Virus record (IMG/VR): IMGVR_UViG_3300036851_000218
Location: 1-64,000 of that record
Reading direction: 5' to 3' (one strand)
DNA length: 64,000 nucleotides
Source of the DNA: a virus
The notes under the pieces were generated by a model. That model saw only the letters and a list, made by a program, of their open reading frames with translations. It was not told the DNA's origin and did not search any database. How positions within the stretch are numbered: the first letter of the stretch is position 1; every line of letters begins with the position of its first letter. Positions 25,891 to 35,666 of this stretch are shown one piece after another. The position numbers were made by a program, and so were the translations under genes.

Positions 25891-26601
25891 ATGAGGTATC
25901 TCGGCGGAAAAAGTCGTTTATCTGGTAGGATTGTGGAACAGCTTGAAAAGCTACGACATCCTAACCAGATATATTTTGAACCCTTTGTAGGCTCGGCGGC
26001 TGTCGTATCTAAAATGGGCGGAATCAGGATAGCTTCGGATATCAATTCAGACTTAATTAGTTTATGGAGAGCCAATCAGACGGGCTATGAATTTCCTGAA
26101 TGCGTAACTAAAGACGAGTACGACAAAGTTAGGAGCAACCCCTCCGTGTTGGACGATACACCCCATCTACGGGCGTTTTACGGAATCTGTTGTTCATTCG
26201 GGGGTAAGTGGTTCGGCGGGTACGCACAAGGGGGCGGGAGGAATTTTGCAGACGAAGCCAAACGCGGTTTGCAGAGAATTAAAACTGAGATTCAAGATGT
26301 GGCGTTCTTATCTAAGGCTTATGATGCGTTCGCACCAAAAGGGATGCTTATCTACTGCGACCCGCCTTATGCCAACACAACTAAATATGATTTTGCGAAA
26401 GACTTTGACACTTGCAAGTTCTGGAAAACCATGTTAGAGTGGTCAAAAGATAACGTCGTGGTTGTGTCAGAGTACACCTGCCCATTACCCGATACGGAGG
26501 TGCTGGCGGAGTGGGAGACTAAAACGACTGTTTCAAAGAGTCTAAACCTAAATAGCCACCGGATAGATAAACTATTCTTAATAAGGTACATCAATGATTA
26601 A
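25891..26601 (+). CDS. Dam-like D12-class N6-adenine methyltransferase
   Basis: RYLGGKSR, FEPFVGS, YCDPPY. Confidence 0.9.
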   Translation: MRYLGGKSRLSGRIVEQLEKLRHPNQIYFEPFVGSAAVVSKMGGIRIASDINSDLISLWRANQTGYEFPECVTKDEYDKVRSNPSVLDDTPHLRAFYGICCSFGGKWFGGYAQGGGRNFADEAKRGLQRIKTEIQDVAFLSKAYDAFAPKGMLIYCDPPYANTTKYDFAKDFDTCKFWKTMLEWSKDNVVVVSEYTCPLPDTEVLAEWETKTTVSKSLNLNSHRIDKLFLIRYIND

Positions 26602-26824
26602 AATGCAAAAAGTTTTCCTGGCTCTATCTCGCCTACGCATCCCTGATAAAGCCTGTGTGGAAGTAACGGATATAACGGATGGAGTTAGCGTTATCCTTCG
26701 GTTGGGTATAGACCCCATCAATCTGCTTGTACCTGACTACATCTTAAATCTGGATGTGGATCAAATCGTCAATTACATCGGTGCAGAGTGGAATCCACAT
26801 TTCCTAAATCGGGGGGGGGAATAA
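26594..26824 (+). CDS. hypothetical protein
   Basis: Coupled ORF. Confidence 0.55.
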   Translation: MIKMQKVFLALSRLRIPDKACVEVTDITDGVSVILRLGIDPINLLVPDYILNLDVDQIVNYIGAEWNPHFLNRGGE

Positions 26825-27078
26825 TGTTTAAATTAGCTTCTATCGCAGTGGGTGCAATTGTATATGGCTTTGTGGCCTACGCCTTACTCGCATTTCGATT
26901 TCTACCTCAGTGTGAATCATTCTTAGATGTTATCTATGTTGTCTCGATTACTTTTTCTATGTTTGGTGTTATGCTAACTACAACGGCACTTGGAGTGTCT
27001 AAAATAGAGGAAAAAAATGTACATTACAAATCCCGATCAAGCAAGTTGGCTACTAGAAGTTCCCGCATTCTCGGTTGA
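26824..27078 (+). CDS. small membrane protein (2 TM)
   Basis: Two hydrophobic helices; TAATG coupling. Confidence 0.55.
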   Translation: MFKLASIAVGAIVYGFVAYALLAFRFLPQCESFLDVIYVVSITFSMFGVMLTTTALGVSKIEEKNVHYKSRSSKLATRSSRILG

Positions 27079-30013
27079 TATTGAAACCGACACAGAGGAA
27101 TCAGGAGATGCTTGGAAAGGTAAACGCGGTCTGTCGTTCGTGTCAGACATCACCTGGGTATCGTTCTACGCCGACGGATTCGCCCCTGTGGTTTTCGATT
27201 TGGCGCACATCAATCCTGAACGACCCGCCATCATTGAATTTATACGAAAAGTTTTTAGCCGATCTGGATATACTGCAATCGCCCACAACGCCGTGTTCGA
27301 TCTGCGGTCACTTGGAGGTCAGTACGGGTTTAAAATCCCGTTAGGTTCTAAGGTGTGGGACACCCTGACCTTTGCCATTCTGCTGCTGATGGGTGAAGAT
27401 TTTAAAGGCGACATATCCCTTAAGTCACTGGCAACCCGTTATAGTCTATTCAAAGACGTGGAAGAACTTGAGTTCTTAGAGCGCATGAAGTCCAAGCGGG
27501 ATGCCCTGCATTTGCAGGAGAGTGATGATGTAATGCGTTATGTTGTAGCCGATACCGTCATAACGTGGAGATTGTACGAACTGCAAAAAGCTATTATCGC
27601 AACTTCACCTGACCCTACCGTTGAACCTTTTTCATCGGTTACGGAGGGGCAGTTTAAAATTGACATCGGCACACGCCAGAACCGACCCCGTTTTCTGTCA
27701 ACTAAACGCTGGACGAACTTACCAGAACTGGTGGAATGGGAACAGCGTATTAGCCGCTGGTGTTGCAACTCAGCCGCACGGGGTATCAAGCTGGATAAGA
27801 CCGCAGTTGCCCGACACCTTAAAATCCTGGCAGATGAATTCCGTGCTGCGCTCGATCAGGTACAGGCGGATGTCGATCAAGCCCTACGTCCCGATAAGTT
27901 AAACCAGTTATCGTTATTAATATATTATAAACGCTTAATGGATCATACCTATCATGGCAAGCCAAGTCCAAGCGTTGCCCGTTGGACATACTTTAAAGCC
28001 AATGAAGTTTATCCGTTAGAAATACAAGGCTTGTCTATCTATGTTAAGACGGATTACGGCGATCCGCTTGAGATAGCGGATTGGTTGCACAATGCAACGC
28101 CAAAACACAACATCCCGCAGAATGAAATGTACCGTGACAACCCGCCTGTGCTGGATGTAGTGCAGTGGATTGTCGATAATATTATGAGCGAGGACGGTGA
28201 ATGGAACTGTGCCTCAGAGCAGGATGTGTATGAAAAGGCTAAGATCATTTACGAATGGTATGATGCCTTCTTCACCCGCACTACACCGATTGACCCGATG
28301 AAGTTGGCGAACATGAAATTGTTCCAGCCTTTTTATACCTTCATCGTGAAGAACTTTCCGTTCCCCAACAACGAAGATATTGCCCGTCAGCCGTTACTGG
28401 TGACAGACAAGCTGGCGAAGATGGTAGAGGCGGGTGCGGACTTAGATTTTAAAGCCGAAGTTTTTGCCAACTACGGTTGGTCATTCAGCGAAGATGCGAT
28501 CCGCACTTACTGGCCTGACCTGAGTGACGAAGACCCGAATTGGACAGATGATCCGTTCGTGATCTTGTTGCAGCATAAAGCTAAGATGAGCCGCATTGAT
28601 GAGTTCTACCGCCACACCGAACGGGATGGACGTTTGCACTCGATCATTGCCCGTAAGACACGGACAGGCCGCGCTACGTCGGTAACGATGAACCTGCAAA
28701 ACATCGATGTCAAAACCTATAAGGGTTATCTTGTGCCAGATGATGACACCCGTGTGTTGATCGGGATTGACATCTCGAATGCCGAGAACTGGATTTTGGC
28801 TATGACCTTTGGCGACAGCGGCTTGGCAGAAGCCTGTGCCAGCGGTGACTTCCACTCGCAGATGACCAGCATTTACTGGCCTGATTTCTACCGCCAGTTG
28901 ATTGCCGAAGAACGGTGGGATGACTTGAAAGCATTACGCCGTAAATCCAAAGCGGTAACGTTCGGTTCAGCATATGGCGCTGGCGCACGGAAGATCAGCC
29001 GCATGATTGGTACGACACCCGAAGAAGCGAAAGTGCTGTTGGCGAACCGCGATAACCGTTTTATGAATTACTCGCAAGGCCGTATCAAACTGACACAGCG
29101 TATTGAGAAATGCTACCGTGACGGACACCGACCCGCCTTTACTACACTGTGGTCGGGGCGACGGGTAGCCATCCCGATGAAAGAAACCACTCGCCGCTTT
29201 ATGCGGGAAGGTAAGTTCGTGGAAGAACGTCGGGTAGAACTGGCAGCTTATAAAGCCACCAACTACCTGCCACAAGGTGGCGTTGGAGAAATTATCTGGC
29301 GCGGCATTGTCCTGGCGAATGAGCAATTTGAACGGGACGGTATTGATGCCCACATCTGCTTACAGGTGCATGATGAAATCATTGTGGATACACCTGTGGA
29401 TAAAGCCTTTGAAGTGGCATCGATCATTATCAAAATCCTGGCTAGTATCGTGCCGCAGGAATTCATGAACCGGACTGTACCTGCCTGTCGCATCCTGTCT
29501 GCGTTAGGACCTGAGAACGCCAAGAAATGGGGCTTCCAGTATGACCGTGACTACCCGCTGCCCAAGAACAAGTTTGTCAATGAGTGGGGTGTGTTCGATA
29601 TGCCCGAAGGTGAGGTAGAAGCGCCCACGTGGATCGGCCCGTTTCACCAGGGTTATACCCTTGAAAGAGAAATTGCAGCCGCCTATCAAGAGCCGACTGA
29701 TGAGGCCGAAGGGAAAGATACGACTGTAGAGTTAAAGCCTAATGACCAGTGGCGGCAGCTTGAGGACTTGATGACTATTACCCGTCAGACAATGACCGCC
29801 TTAAGTCAGTATCAAAATGTATCGCGGTTGGTGATTGATGGCGAAGATAAAGGGCTGTTCGACTTCGCTAACCGGATGCTTATTCAACAGGACTTAGCCC
29901 ATAAAGGTTATGCCTGCGGGGATGAATACTGGACGGTGTTGAATCAAATCGAACAGCTTGAAGATAATCTAAAACAAATCGTACAATGGAAACAATCAAT
30001 GGGGATCAGATAA
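27017..30013 (+). CDS. polA: family A DNA polymerase
   Basis: Exo motifs DIETD, HNAVFD, YVVAD; TGR, NLQNI, motif A DISNAE, motif B RRKSKAVTFGSAYG, motif C VHDE. Confidence 0.95.
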   Translation: MYITNPDQASWLLEVPAFSVDIETDTEESGDAWKGKRGLSFVSDITWVSFYADGFAPVVFDLAHINPERPAIIEFIRKVFSRSGYTAIAHNAVFDLRSLGGQYGFKIPLGSKVWDTLTFAILLLMGEDFKGDISLKSLATRYSLFKDVEELEFLERMKSKRDALHLQESDDVMRYVVADTVITWRLYELQKAIIATSPDPTVEPFSSVTEGQFKIDIGTRQNRPRFLSTKRWTNLPELVEWEQRISRWCCNSAARGIKLDKTAVARHLKILADEFRAALDQVQADVDQALRPDKLNQLSLLIYYKRLMDHTYHGKPSPSVARWTYFKANEVYPLEIQGLSIYVKTDYGDPLEIADWLHNATPKHNIPQNEMYRDNPPVLDVVQWIVDNIMSEDGEWNCASEQDVYEKAKIIYEWYDAFFTRTTPIDPMKLANMKLFQPFYTFIVKNFPFPNNEDIARQPLLVTDKLAKMVEAGADLDFKAEVFANYGWSFSEDAIRTYWPDLSDEDPNWTDDPFVILLQHKAKMSRIDEFYRHTERDGRLHSIIARKTRTGRATSVTMNLQNIDVKTYKGYLVPDDDTRVLIGIDISNAENWILAMTFGDSGLAEACASGDFHSQMTSIYWPDFYRQLIAEERWDDLKALRRKSKAVTFGSAYGAGARKISRMIGTTPEEAKVLLANRDNRFMNYSQGRIKLTQRIEKCYRDGHRPAFTTLWSGRRVAIPMKETTRRFMREGKFVEERRVELAAYKATNYLPQGGVGEIIWRGIVLANEQFERDGIDAHICLQVHDEIIVDTPVDKAFEVASIIIKILASIVPQEFMNRTVPACRILSALGPENAKKWGFQYDRDYPLPKNKFVNEWGVFDMPEGEVEAPTWIGPFHQGYTLEREIAAAYQEPTDEAEGKDTTVELKPNDQWRQLEDLMTITRQTMTALSQYQNVSRLVIDGEDKGLFDFANRMLIQQDLAHKGYACGDEYWTVLNQIEQLEDNLKQIVQWKQSMGIR

Positions 30014-30228
30014 TGGCGCAAATGCAAAATACAAATCAACTGTTTTTGAAAACTCAGGTGTGGCGAGAGGGCGGTAAGTGGTATGTTAACTTCACTGCAC
30101 CGCGTTGGTTCATTGATGAACTGGAACATGCTACTATCCGTGTAGAGTCGTCCCGTATTCTAGCGGGTGGCACTCAGTTTGATGAGGCTGGATTGCTCAT
30201 TAGTTTTAAACCCGAAGAGAAAGATTAG
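30013..30228 (+). CDS. hypothetical protein
   Basis: TAATG coupling. Confidence 0.6.
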   Translation: MAQMQNTNQLFLKTQVWREGGKWYVNFTAPRWFIDELEHATIRVESSRILAGGTQFDEAGLLISFKPEEKD

Positions 30229-30256
30229 CAATTTCTAAAGTTCCCTGAACAACTCC

Positions 30257-30284
30257 TTGACATTTGTGAATTTTCAGTTAGAAT
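30257..30284 (+). promoter_or_regulatory. sigma70-type promoter
   Basis: TTGACA-16 nt-TAGAAT. Confidence 0.65.
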
Positions 30285-30316
30285 GTAGGTAGTGTTCGGG
30301 GATATATTATATAAGG

Positions 30317-30547
30317 GTGAATCTAATGAGCGAAGAACAGAAGAAAGTAATTCAGTTAGCGTTGGGGGTCAATTCCGGTAGACTAACACTTCTCGATGAT
30401 GACGACTATCGGGTGTTAGGGTTTGATCCAAATAAAATACGTCGTTACGGTGGTCCTACCATTAATGAGGTTAAAGCAGTCTGTGAGGAAGTCCTGACCG
30501 ACCTACTGGTAACGCTGTGGGAAGATATGTACGAGGCAACAGTATAA
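30317..30547 (+). CDS. hypothetical protein
   Basis: ORF after promoter. Confidence 0.6.
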   Translation: MNLMSEEQKKVIQLALGVNSGRLTLLDDDDYRVLGFDPNKIRRYGGPTINEVKAVCEEVLTDLLVTLWEDMYEATV

Positions 30548-31029
30548 TGGACAAGCAAAGCCGTCTTTTGAAAGCCCTTTTAATTCAGAAACGAATGGGA
30601 GGCGCAAGGGCGACTTTGCCCACGCCGAACTACTCGCCTAGGGCAACGTGGGTGTCTCACCACCTGCGCCGTAATTACGGTTTGTACAAACATCTGTGGA
30701 ACGACGACACTCCAACCACCGTAGAGAAACATGCGCTTAAGGATATTATTACGTGGCAGAAAGAGGTATATGTCAGCCAGCTAATTGCTTTAAGCGCCTG
30801 TACGCCTATCGAATTGGAGTCGCTGTTTACAGACCGATCCATTTGCCCCTTCCTGGTTGTGTACGGCAACACAAAAATCCTGTGTGATGGAAATCACCGC
30901 TTCTGGTGGTTGTATAACCTGGGTTACGAAACAGCTTATTTCCACACACTGCACTATGACCCAACCGCACGACCCATTAAAAAAATACAAATACTTGAGA
31001 TGGGGGTTGACAATACGGTGAGAGTGTAA
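30547..31029 (+). CDS. ParB/Srx-like domain protein
   Basis: PFLVV...ILCDGNHR. Confidence 0.65.
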   Translation: MDKQSRLLKALLIQKRMGGARATLPTPNYSPRATWVSHHLRRNYGLYKHLWNDDTPTTVEKHALKDIITWQKEVYVSQLIALSACTPIELESLFTDRSICPFLVVYGNTKILCDGNHRFWWLYNLGYETAYFHTLHYDPTARPIKKIQILEMGVDNTVRV

Positions 31030-31035
31030 TAGAAT
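31007..31035 (+). promoter_or_regulatory. sigma70-type promoter
   Basis: TTGACA-17 nt-TAGAAT. Confidence 0.65.
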
Positions 31036-31042
31036 ATATTAC

Positions 31043-31636
31043 ATGATACCAACACCGGAAGAACCACTTATCTTAATTTACCCTGGTCGCATCCCTGCCA
31101 TGAAAAACTCTATCCAACTGAGCCTGGATAATGAGGGGCATGTGACCAGCGTTGGGAGGAGCAAAGCAGTGCGAATTGCTTTAACGCAATTCGCTGGCAG
31201 TTCCGAACAACAACGTATCCGCCAGGGTTTTGAAGTCATTCCGCTGCCCTGGCGGATTGGGGCGTGGGTGAAACTTGGTTTTTACCTTGCCCCTAAATCA
31301 AAAGCTGTCATCACTAAACAAGATGCAGATAACGCTTACACCACTATTCAGGAAACCTGGGCAGGTGGTGTATGTGAGAATGACCGTCAGGTGTTTGATT
31401 TCCACGTCACTCAAAACCTCATCCGCAATAAAAATTTATTATACTCTGTCGCCTTTGTTTATGCCCTTGACCCTGAGCTACCGTCCCCCACTGATAGTTT
31501 TATTAAACTATATAATAAGTTTAAGGATATGAAGACATGGCAGTTGAGCCAGCAGGCGTATACGCCGGATCGGGTATTGGAGAAATACAAGGATGTAATG
31601 ATCCAGTCATCTCCCATCAGTATGCCCGAAGGTTAG
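31043..31636 (+). CDS. RusA-like Holliday junction resolvase
   Basis: PGRIPAMKNS, QDADN, ENDRQV. Confidence 0.7.
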   Translation: MIPTPEEPLILIYPGRIPAMKNSIQLSLDNEGHVTSVGRSKAVRIALTQFAGSSEQQRIRQGFEVIPLPWRIGAWVKLGFYLAPKSKAVITKQDADNAYTTIQETWAGGVCENDRQVFDFHVTQNLIRNKNLLYSVAFVYALDPELPSPTDSFIKLYNKFKDMKTWQLSQQAYTPDRVLEKYKDVMIQSSPISMPEG

Positions 31637-32442
31637 CCACCCGCGACGAAGATCGTCAGCAGCCCGAAATCTCACAACTTCCTGACAATTTAAAAGCATC
31701 TCACTTCACATTCTCATATGTACAACCCTCTAACAAAGACCTTATTGACAAAGTTAATGCTTTTATAGTACGATATGAATGGTTGGGAAAACCCTCACTA
31801 TATGTCACCCACCGCTTCGTCGCAATGTACAAAGATTTGATCGGCGGTGTGGTGACAATGGATATGCCAATCGCCTTTAGTAAGCTGCTTGGTGAGAATA
31901 CACGAAAAATTGAACGGCTGGTATCCAGGGGTGCAAGCGCATCATGGACACCCAAGAACTTAGCCAGCGCCCATATCATGTGGGCAATCCGTTGGATGGT
32001 ACAGAATACAGACTACAGGATATTCACAGCTTATGCTGATCCAGAAGCCAAAGAACTCGGAACAATTTATCAAGCCTGCAATTTCACCTATCTTGGACAG
32101 CGATACGGAACTACCACCATGCTCCGTGACCCTGCTAATCTTGAACGCGGATGGTTCACTGACCGAACATTACGATCACCATCCTCATTTGCTAGATACG
32201 CTAAAACATTGGGGGTTGATTGGAAACGGGGACAACCCCTCTCTGTTGGACAACGAGATGTATTCAATCAATACGCAAAATTAGTTGAAGCTAAATGTGA
32301 AGTGAAGCGGCAACCCGCTAAACATAAATATATGTACATATTAGGAAAGACGAAAGCTGAAACAAAGAAACTCACTGCCGAATTCCGACGGTTAAATCCT
32401 AAGTTAATAGATTTACCCTATCCGAAAGTAAGAGGCCAGTAA
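31537..32442 (+). CDS. Mom-like GNAT DNA-modification enzyme
   Basis: AYADPEAKELGTIYQACNFTYLG and KHKY signature. Confidence 0.75.
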   Translation: MAVEPAGVYAGSGIGEIQGCNDPVISHQYARRLATRDEDRQQPEISQLPDNLKASHFTFSYVQPSNKDLIDKVNAFIVRYEWLGKPSLYVTHRFVAMYKDLIGGVVTMDMPIAFSKLLGENTRKIERLVSRGASASWTPKNLASAHIMWAIRWMVQNTDYRIFTAYADPEAKELGTIYQACNFTYLGQRYGTTTMLRDPANLERGWFTDRTLRSPSSFARYAKTLGVDWKRGQPLSVGQRDVFNQYAKLVEAKCEVKRQPAKHKYMYILGKTKAETKKLTAEFRRLNPKLIDLPYPKVRGQ

Positions 32443-33614
32443 TGACAAAGAAATCAGCAGAGACTTTTATACCCGAAGAGATTTTAAATGTATTACAAGC
32501 ACTTAAAGCGAAACACAATTGGGTGGATGTATCTCCTTATAACAAATGGCTCAGAGAGAACCGTCCCACCATCCCTAAGAGTACCGTTACCCGCTGGACG
32601 CGCTCGTTCACTACGGGTGCGGCGCATTCTGAGACCCCCACTTGGCACAAACATTACCGTGAAGAGAAGTCACTTGTCCCGTCTCGCTTTTCTGCTCTCA
32701 AAAATGGAGCAATCCAAGCAGCAAGGGCGCAGTGGGAGCGAGATGGACAAATCCGCTACGTAAACATGTCTGATTTTCATCGACCTCTCGGTGACGGGGC
32801 GATACTCACACTCGGTATGAGGATTGTGAGGGACTTTAAACCCAATGCTTTCCCCTGTTTCACTGATTGGTTTGACATGGATCGCTTTAACCAGCACCCA
32901 CCTAAACCTGGGAGTGCGGGGGTGGAGTTCAGTGACGATCCTGAGAACGAAGAAATTGTAATAGAACGTAAGAACAAATTCAGCGAACTGGAAGCCATGT
33001 CGCTTGAGACCATTAACATGGTTAAGGCGGCTGTCCCTGTTGATTGCGTCCTGCTTAATCTGTGGGGCAATCATGAACAGTGGTTGCTGCGTTCGATGTT
33101 AGGCGAACAAATCGATAGCGAATTTGGCGAATATTATATTGACAAATATTTTCAGTTGTTGTACGATAATGATATATTATGGTGTGAAGGAGAAAAGAAC
33201 CATTGGCTACCACTAACGAAACTTTTTTGGGTCGGTCATGGACACCGTTCCCGCAGCGGCTTTGGAAAGACAGCGCAAGGGTATCTAAACTTACTACGTG
33301 CGACTGCGAGTGTTGCGGTGGGACACACTCACCGACAGGAAGTAGTGTATGTACCTGTGCCATACGACGGGCAACGATTCGCCGCTGTTGCGGGTACTAT
33401 GGGGCAAGTACAACCCGTTTATACCAACCGAGAATTTACAGGCCATAGTTGGGGGTTTCAACTGATTGAACACCCATTCCACCATTCCAAAGGCAATCAC
33501 GTTGAAGATGTACGGATTAACTATCAGGATGGTTATTACGTCACCCGTGTATTTGGTAAAGAATATTCGGAGCAAGCCACATTCACCTATGACGAATATA
33601 TGGATTTCATCTAA
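32442..33614 (+). CDS. calcineurin-like metallophosphoesterase
   Basis: SDFH, DWFD, GNHE, GHGH, GHTHR. Confidence 0.85.
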   Translation: MTKKSAETFIPEEILNVLQALKAKHNWVDVSPYNKWLRENRPTIPKSTVTRWTRSFTTGAAHSETPTWHKHYREEKSLVPSRFSALKNGAIQAARAQWERDGQIRYVNMSDFHRPLGDGAILTLGMRIVRDFKPNAFPCFTDWFDMDRFNQHPPKPGSAGVEFSDDPENEEIVIERKNKFSELEAMSLETINMVKAAVPVDCVLLNLWGNHEQWLLRSMLGEQIDSEFGEYYIDKYFQLLYDNDILWCEGEKNHWLPLTKLFWVGHGHRSRSGFGKTAQGYLNLLRATASVAVGHTHRQEVVYVPVPYDGQRFAAVAGTMGQVQPVYTNREFTGHSWGFQLIEHPFHHSKGNHVEDVRINYQDGYYVTRVFGKEYSEQATFTYDEYMDFI

Positions 33615-33838
33615 TGAAGCCCAAGATGTTAACCTGGGAACACCGTTATCAAATCTGGCTATTCAACTACATGAACTGCCACGTAGCACCGCCGGAAGTT
33701 CATCAAAAGTTACATGATCTTGGATGGATTGAACCCCATCCAGACAAACCAAAAGGTCATATTCGTATGACCGTTGAAGGCGCAAAAGCTATACATGCAT
33801 TATGGTTAGGAGAAGTATATGTCAACAAAGACGTTTGA
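33614..33838 (+). CDS. small winged-helix-like protein
   Basis: LHDLGWI...RMTVEG pattern. Confidence 0.55.
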   Translation: MKPKMLTWEHRYQIWLFNYMNCHVAPPEVHQKLHDLGWIEPHPDKPKGHIRMTVEGAKAIHALWLGEVYVNKDV

Positions 33839-34067
33839 GATACGCTTTCCTGACAATGTACTTGACAAAGAACCTGATTTTCTGGATAATGCTTTTCGCA
33901 CAATTCAAGCACAAGGACGGATTGTCCGCATAGAATACCATAAAGTATATTCGTACTGGAAACGTCATAGCGGCTATAGAACATTAGAAACAATGGTGGA
34001 CGAAATACCACTTGTTGAAATAGAAGAACCAATGGGTACTAACAGCATAAGTGTGGAGGTAGTATGA
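33819..34067 (+). CDS. hypothetical protein (paralog of 34532)
   Basis: FP...FLDNA..IQAQGRI.RI.Y. Confidence 0.6.
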   Translation: MSTKTFEIRFPDNVLDKEPDFLDNAFRTIQAQGRIVRIEYHKVYSYWKRHSGYRTLETMVDEIPLVEIEEPMGTNSISVEVV

Positions 34068-34444
34068 CAAAGCAGATGCACGACTTGGCTCAGGAAGACA
34101 AACGCGCTCGTCGGCTAGCTAGACGAACACACGAGGAGCTACAACGTATGGTATCGACCAATAAGCCCGAAGTTGGCGAAGTGTTCCGAGTCATGCCCGA
34201 TGACATTGATGAGTGGATTGTCGTTAATGCTAAGATGGATGGCGGCTCACACGGCGGACGTGGTGGAATGGACAGTGACTACCCCGATGGATGGCATGTG
34301 TTTGCCCGACGGTTAGATGCGGATGGTAACTACGATCCGAAAGGTATTAAGTGGGACTTCTACACCAGTGGATGTTTCAGTAACATGCTTCGTCAAGTGT
34401 GGCTGACAGGTCGCAAGCTAAAAAAGGTGGTTACATTTGAATAA
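34064..34444 (+). CDS. hypothetical protein
   Basis: GGAGG RBS, 126 aa. Confidence 0.65.
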   Translation: MTKQMHDLAQEDKRARRLARRTHEELQRMVSTNKPEVGEVFRVMPDDIDEWIVVNAKMDGGSHGGRGGMDSDYPDGWHVFARRLDADGNYDPKGIKWDFYTSGCFSNMLRQVWLTGRKLKKVVTFE

Positions 34445-34532
34445 AGACATCTCTCCCTACGTAGCGATATGCGTATGCTTAGTTGCCATTTTTATTGTGT
34501 ACGTTGTGTATAAGTTAGCCAGCGGTTGTTAA
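34437..34532 (+). CDS. small TM protein (31 aa, TTG start), not in ORF track
   Basis: Hydrophobic ORF coupled by TAATG to the next gene. Confidence 0.45.
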   Translation: MNKDISPYVAICVCLVAIFIVYVVYKLASGC

Positions 34533-34705
34533 TGAGTAAGCCCGTTGTGCTGACGGTTTGTTTCCCTGGCAGTTGGGAATCTAACACAGCCTTTATTGAC
34601 ACTGCAATTATGATGATCCAAAACCAGGGAACGATCAAACAAATCTATTACGAAGTACACGGCACAGTACATCAATTACAATTTTTTATAAGGAGATTCG
34701 AATAA
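34532..34705 (+). CDS. 57-aa protein, not in ORF track (paralog of 33819)
   Basis: MSKPVVLTVCFPGSWESNTAFIDTAIMMIQNQGTIKQIYY. Confidence 0.6.
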   Translation: MSKPVVLTVCFPGSWESNTAFIDTAIMMIQNQGTIKQIYYEVHGTVHQLQFFIRRFE

Positions 34706-35158
34706 ATGGATAATCCAAGCGGTTTAGTTATTGCTCTATCTATTCTAGTTATCATTGGTGCAGCTGTGTATGTAGCATTTTTCCGTCTGCCAATGAAAGA
34801 TGTTGATCCCTTTGATCGGGCAGTAGATATTTATAATGCTGCTTTATTTCTAACGCCTAGCAACAAACAGTATTTAGACGATAAACTTATTGTCAACCGA
34901 AATGTAGACATAGTAAAAATTATATTGCGCGATAAAAACAGCACGGTTGTATTTGAAGCAGGTGACAGTATGAGTGTCCGAGATGTTTATCGAGGGCAAT
35001 ACAGCATTCCCACTAACATAAATACTCATCGTCCAGGTCAGTGGGTAGACTACTTACTTGACACCGCCGTACCTACTGTCAAGAAACAACGTCAGGAAGA
35101 AGTTCGTAGAAAACGTCGGGAGGCTAATCCGCCAGTTGATGATCGGGATTTGTTCTAA
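34706..35158 (+). CDS. membrane-anchored protein (paralog of 35158)
   Basis: N-terminal TM; HRPGQWVDYL; VDDRDLF. Confidence 0.7.
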   Translation: MDNPSGLVIALSILVIIGAAVYVAFFRLPMKDVDPFDRAVDIYNAALFLTPSNKQYLDDKLIVNRNVDIVKIILRDKNSTVVFEAGDSMSVRDVYRGQYSIPTNINTHRPGQWVDYLLDTAVPTVKKQRQEEVRRKRREANPPVDDRDLF

Positions 35159-35658
35159 TGGAACGTATTATTTTAGACGCGCTTCCAAATTTAATAGTAG
35201 TGACATTGTTCCTTCTTATCTCAGTATTAATTATTAAAGGCGTTCATTGGTGGGTATTTCAGCGTACTCTGAAAGAGAAATTCACTCCTACTAAGCAAGT
35301 CAACTTAGATGACCCCAACATAAAAGCCAAAGAAGTATATGGTATGGCTTGGCGACTTGCATGGCAGGACGCGTATGAAGATGATTTCCTAAAGATTGAA
35401 AAAGACGGGGACGATATAACAATTTACCTTAAGGACGGAGAGAAGCGAATAACTGTTCTCAAAACTAATGGTGTGTCTAATATATACAATAATTCAATCG
35501 AACTGTCCGATCAAGAATTAGTTGAGTTTCATCCAGGGCTTTGGGTAGAACACTTAGTAGAAACTTTTTTAGATTACCATAAAGCCCAGGAAGAAGAAAG
35601 ACGCGCAGCGAAAGCACGGCGCTTTGCCAAGGTCAACGACGCGCATATATTCGATTAA
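35158..35658 (+). CDS. membrane-anchored protein (paralog of 34706)
   Basis: N-terminal TM; FHPGLWVEHL; VNDAHIF. Confidence 0.7.
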   Translation: MERIILDALPNLIVVTLFLLISVLIIKGVHWWVFQRTLKEKFTPTKQVNLDDPNIKAKEVYGMAWRLAWQDAYEDDFLKIEKDGDDITIYLKDGEKRITVLKTNGVSNIYNNSIELSDQELVEFHPGLWVEHLVETFLDYHKAQEEERRAAKARRFAKVNDAHIFD

Positions 35659-35666
35659 ACAATGTC

